A stretch of 64,000 nt of DNA from contig CAVTHS010000008.1 of the NCBI GenBank assembly GCA_963734535.1, positions 256,001 through 320,000 of the forward strand, given 5' to 3'. Positions 60,879 through 64,000 of the stretch are shown in pieces; position 1 is the stretch's first letter, and each line of letters starts with the position of its first letter. This DNA comes from an uncultured Chloroflexia bacterium. GTDB taxonomy: Bacteria > Chloroflexota > Limnocylindria > Limnocylindrales > CSP1-4. The notes under the pieces are model-generated. The model made no database searches and was not told the DNA's origin. It saw only the letters and a list, made by a program, of their open reading frames with translations. The position numbers and the translations under genes are program-made.

Positions 60879-61023
60879 GGTCGACGCGGACTCAGGCGTG
60901 CGGCGCCGGGCGCATCGGGCCTATCGAGCCTTCGGATGGACCGTCCGTGCTGCGAGGTTCTGCCCGAAACACCCCTTCCCGTTGTCGCGCGCCGCCGGTT
61001 AGACTCTCGGCCTCCGCGGGTCT

Positions 61024-62755
61024 ATGAAGGCGGCGGACGAGGGGGAGGACGATTCGGGTGGCCGGACTCGGCGCGGGCGGTGCAGCGGGCGGCGGCGGTC
61101 CGCTCGCGGGTCTCGCCGCTGCCGTCGCCGGCAACGGCCTGCTCGCGATCGCGACCGGGCTGATCGTCGGGGTCCTGGGGAGCGGCACGCTGCTGGCGAC
61201 CGGGGCGGTCCACGTCGGCGGCGGCAACGCCGCCCCGGCCGCAGCGCCGGTCGGGCTCCAGGTGATCGCCTGCCCGGATGCCGGGCCGGTGATCGGCTCG
61301 ATCCCGCGCGGCGAGAAGGTGCTCGTCACGGGCCGGAGCGCCGACGGCGCATGGCTCCAGGTCTTCTACCCGGGCCCGGCCTTCGATCGCGCCTGGACGA
61401 AGGCCGGACCGCTCCAGCTGGAGGCAGACCCGAACACGTTGCCAGTCGCCTCGTGCGAGGCGCCGGCGACCCCGACGCCGCGCCCGACCCCGGGTGCATC
61501 TACGGCAGTCGTGGCGTCCCCGGAGGCGAGCCCGTCCGTCGAGCCGTCACCCTCGCCCGCCGTGTCGCAGGCTCCGAGCCCGAGCCCGAGCCCGAGGCCG
61601 AGCCCGTCTCCGAGCCCCGGCGCGTCCCCGATCCCATCCCCGTCGCCGACACCCAAGCCAACCCCGAAGCAAGCCGCCCGTGATCGCCGCGCTCACCGCC
61701 TCGACGACCTCGCTGAGCTTCGACCAGGGCGCGTATTGCCCCTCGGCACCGAAGACCGTCACGTTCACGGTGAAGGCGTCCGACGCCGGCGGGATCACGA
61801 CCGCGACGCTGTACTGGAAGAAGCCCGGTGCGGCGGTGTACACGCCGGCGCCGATGTCGCTCGCCGGCGGATCGGCCCAGAACGGGACATGGACGGCGAC
61901 CCTCGGCACGACCGCCAACGGGATCACCACGGCGGGGAGCCTCGCGTACTACGCGATCGTGCTGGACGCGAGCGGCGCGAAGGTCAAGAGCCCCGCGACG
62001 AGCGCCCTTGCGATCCCGGTGAACGTCTGCGTGAACACCGGGCCGACCTTCGCGAGCGGTCCGTCCGCGGGAGACTCCACCCTGTACGCCGATCCGCTCC
62101 AGGCGGGTTGCGGCAGCCCGATCGGGACCGAGATCCGCGCCACGATCACCGACGTCGACGGCGTCACGTCGGCCACGCTCGTCTTCACCGACCAGTCGGG
62201 CGCGACGATCACGACGGCCGATGCAGGGCTTCGCCGGGAACCTCTGGACCTCGTTCATCAACGCGAACGACGACGGGACGCAGGCCGGCGGGAGCTTCAC
62301 GTTCCAGGTCATCGCCGTCGACACGAAGGGCGCGACCACGACGTCCGATACACAATCGATCCGGGTCGTCCGGTGCGACACCGATGCGACGTTCGACTTC
62401 GGAGGGCTGACGACGCCCGTCTACAACGAGGCGCCGCTGCACGCCGACCAGCGTCACCATCCCGGTCTTCGCCTCCGATCGCGACAATGGCGGCCGGGAC
62501 AGCAGCCGGCTCCAGGTCGTGGTCACCTGGCAGGCAACGAACCTCCGGACCGGACCGCGCGATCAGCGGCGATGCCCAGGCGGTCTTCCAGAAGGGCAAT
62601 TCGTTCCTCGCGTCCTTCCCGGTCACCGCCGACTGGCAGGCGACGGCCTACACGCTCACGTACCTCGCGACCAGCACCGACATCTACGGAGGGACGTCGA
62701 AGAGCTTCACGGGGAAGCGGAGATCAGCGTCTACGGCTGCGTGGTCCTGCAGTGA
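61024..62755 (+). CDS. Membrane-anchored SH3-like/Pro-Ser linker/Ig-like protein; several indels
   Basis: TM segment, then VIGSIPRGEKVLVTGRSADGAWLQV, PS repeats and beta-rich modules (VTFTVKASDAGGI, ITDVDGVTSATL, FQVIAVDTKG) in shifted frames. Confidence 0.65.
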
Positions 62756-62759
62756 ATCG

Positions 62760-64000
62760 ATGACCCTTCCCCTCGGCATCCTGATCCGCTTCATCCTCGC
62801 CGCCGTGATCGGCGCGGGCGGGGCATTCGGCGTGGCCGCGGTCACGGCTCCGCCGGCGTCGAGCGCGATCCCCGGGCCGGACTCGTCGTACCAGCTGACG
62901 GCGGACACCGGAGACCAGCCCGCCGCGATGTTCGGGATCACCGCGATCCCGGACCAGACGCCGGTCAAGCTGGCCGCGCTGCCGGACGACGCGACGCTCC
63001 AGCTCGTGGCGTTCGCGGAGCCGGGCTCGGCCCCGGTGAGCAGTGACCCGGCCTACCGGCCGGCATGGCTGGCGGCGGCGGGCTTCCCGAGGGTCGTGCC
63101 GATCACCCAGTTCGACGGCGGCCCGTTGCAGGCCTCGAACTGCACGATGGCGGCCGGCGCCATGCTCGCCCGGCTGGGCTACGGGATCGTGACGACGGGC
63201 TCGCAGCTGCGCGCGCTCCAGCCCGACCAGGAGGGCGGGACGTCGCTGTCCGACCTCGCAGGTCTCGATCGGGCGCTACGGCGTCTCGTTCAGCGAGGCG
63301 GCCATCACGCCGCTGCAGCTGCGCGCGCTGCTCTACGCGGGCGCCGGCGCGGTGGTCCAGGGCACCTACGGCGACGTGCCGATCGAGCTGCGGCTCCAGA
63401 AGGACTTCACGGCCGGCCACGCCATCTACCTCGACGGGTTCCGGCCGGCATCCGCCGACGGCCCCGCCGCGTACTACGTGCTCGACCCGCTGGGGCCGAT
63501 CTGGACCGGCTACCGCGGCGGCTGGTGGCCGGCGGACGTGGTCGAAGCCTTCGCGACCGCGTTCGGCGGCGGCTTGATCAATACCGCGTGGGCCTTCCCG
63601 GGCGGCAAGACGCCCACCACATACCCGGTCCTGCCGCCGGCGGCGTACCCGTCGCCGACCCCGGTGGGGCCGCCGCCCAGCCTCGAGCCGGGCGTCACCC
63701 CGTCGCCGTCTCCGTCGGCGACCGCCGAGCTCACCGTCGCCGTCGCCGGCGCGCCCTCGCCGTCGCCGGGTGCGCCGTCGCCGTCGCCGAGCCCGCCGGT
63801 GCTCCCGACCGACAACCCGACCGTCTCGTTCCCGCCGAGCGGCCCCATCCCGCCAGCCCTGCCGCCGGACTGGTGGAACATCGGCGGGCTCCAGGTCGAG
63901 ACGCCCCAGACGATCATCAGCGTCCTGCTGGCCGCCTGCGCGACGGCGCCCGCCCCGAGCTGGTGCCCGAGCGGCATCATCGGGGTCTTCCCGCCGACGG
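62760..64000 (+). CDS. Secreted C39-like cysteine peptidase with Pro/Ser-rich region; indel near 63265; runs off the window
   Basis: Own translation: MTLPLGILIRFILAAVIG..., ITQFDG...SNCTMAAGAM, GGTSLSDL, GHAIYLDG, YYVLDPL (Q-C-H-D). Confidence 0.7.
   Translation, partial: MTLPLGILIRFILAAVIGAGGAFGVAAVTAPPASSAIPGPDSSYQLTADTGDQPAAMFGITAIPDQTPVKLAALPDDATLQLVAFAEPGSAPVSSDPAYRPAWLAAAGFPRVVPITQFDGGPLQASNCTMAAGAMLARLGYGIVTTGSQLRALQPDQEGGTSLSDLAGLDRALRRLVQRGGHHAAAAARAALRGRRRGGPGHLRRRADRAAAPEGLHGRPRHLPRRVPAGIRRRPRRVLRARPAGADLDRLPRRLVAGGRGRSLRDRVRRRLDQYRVGLPGRQDAHHIPGPAAGGVPVADPGGAAAQPRAGRHPVAVSVGDRRAHRRRRRRALAVAGCAVAVAEPAGAPDRQPDRLVPAERPHPASPAAGLVEHRRAPGRDAPDDHQRPAGRLRDGARPELVPERHHRGLPAD

Overview
High-GC bacterial chromosome segment. 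The gene set and style suggest Chloroflexota (possibly Limnocylindria) or Actinomycetota, but this is inference only. Many single-base indels break otherwise intact genes and look like uncorrected long-read errors. Layout: (1) 1-9.3 kb, core-like genes: mdh, cupin, vapBC, CBS/cystathionine lyase, lgt, an ECF sigma/anti-sigma pair, Lrp and an unannotated 44-aa protein. (2) 9.3-33.3 kb, a large polyol/rare-sugar catabolic region with YhfZ-like and SorC-type regulators, glpD/glpK-like genes, an AGPS-like flavoprotein, GldA, an uncharacterised permease, DeoC, an FGGY kinase, two class II aldolases, a transaldolase-like protein, RpiB, split transketolase, a CbbY-like HAD and DhaL/DhaK. It also holds gene relics and a 93-bp tandem-repeat ORF. 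(3) 33-43.6 kb: VIT1, OCD-like, acylase and amine-oxidase genes, then sufB-sufD-Rieske with a palindromic operator. (4) 43.7-64 kb, a surface/biofilm accessory region with a diguanylate cyclase, Crp, three SipW-type peptidases, two TasA-like substrates, a duplicated upstream element, an IS481 relic, a NarL-type two-component system, GH18 and secreted proteins. The best candidate for an undescribed system is the SipW/TasA-like locus. Two of its peptidases are fused to passenger domains through what looks like their own SipW cleavage motif. No rRNA, tRNA or CRISPR array was recognised.
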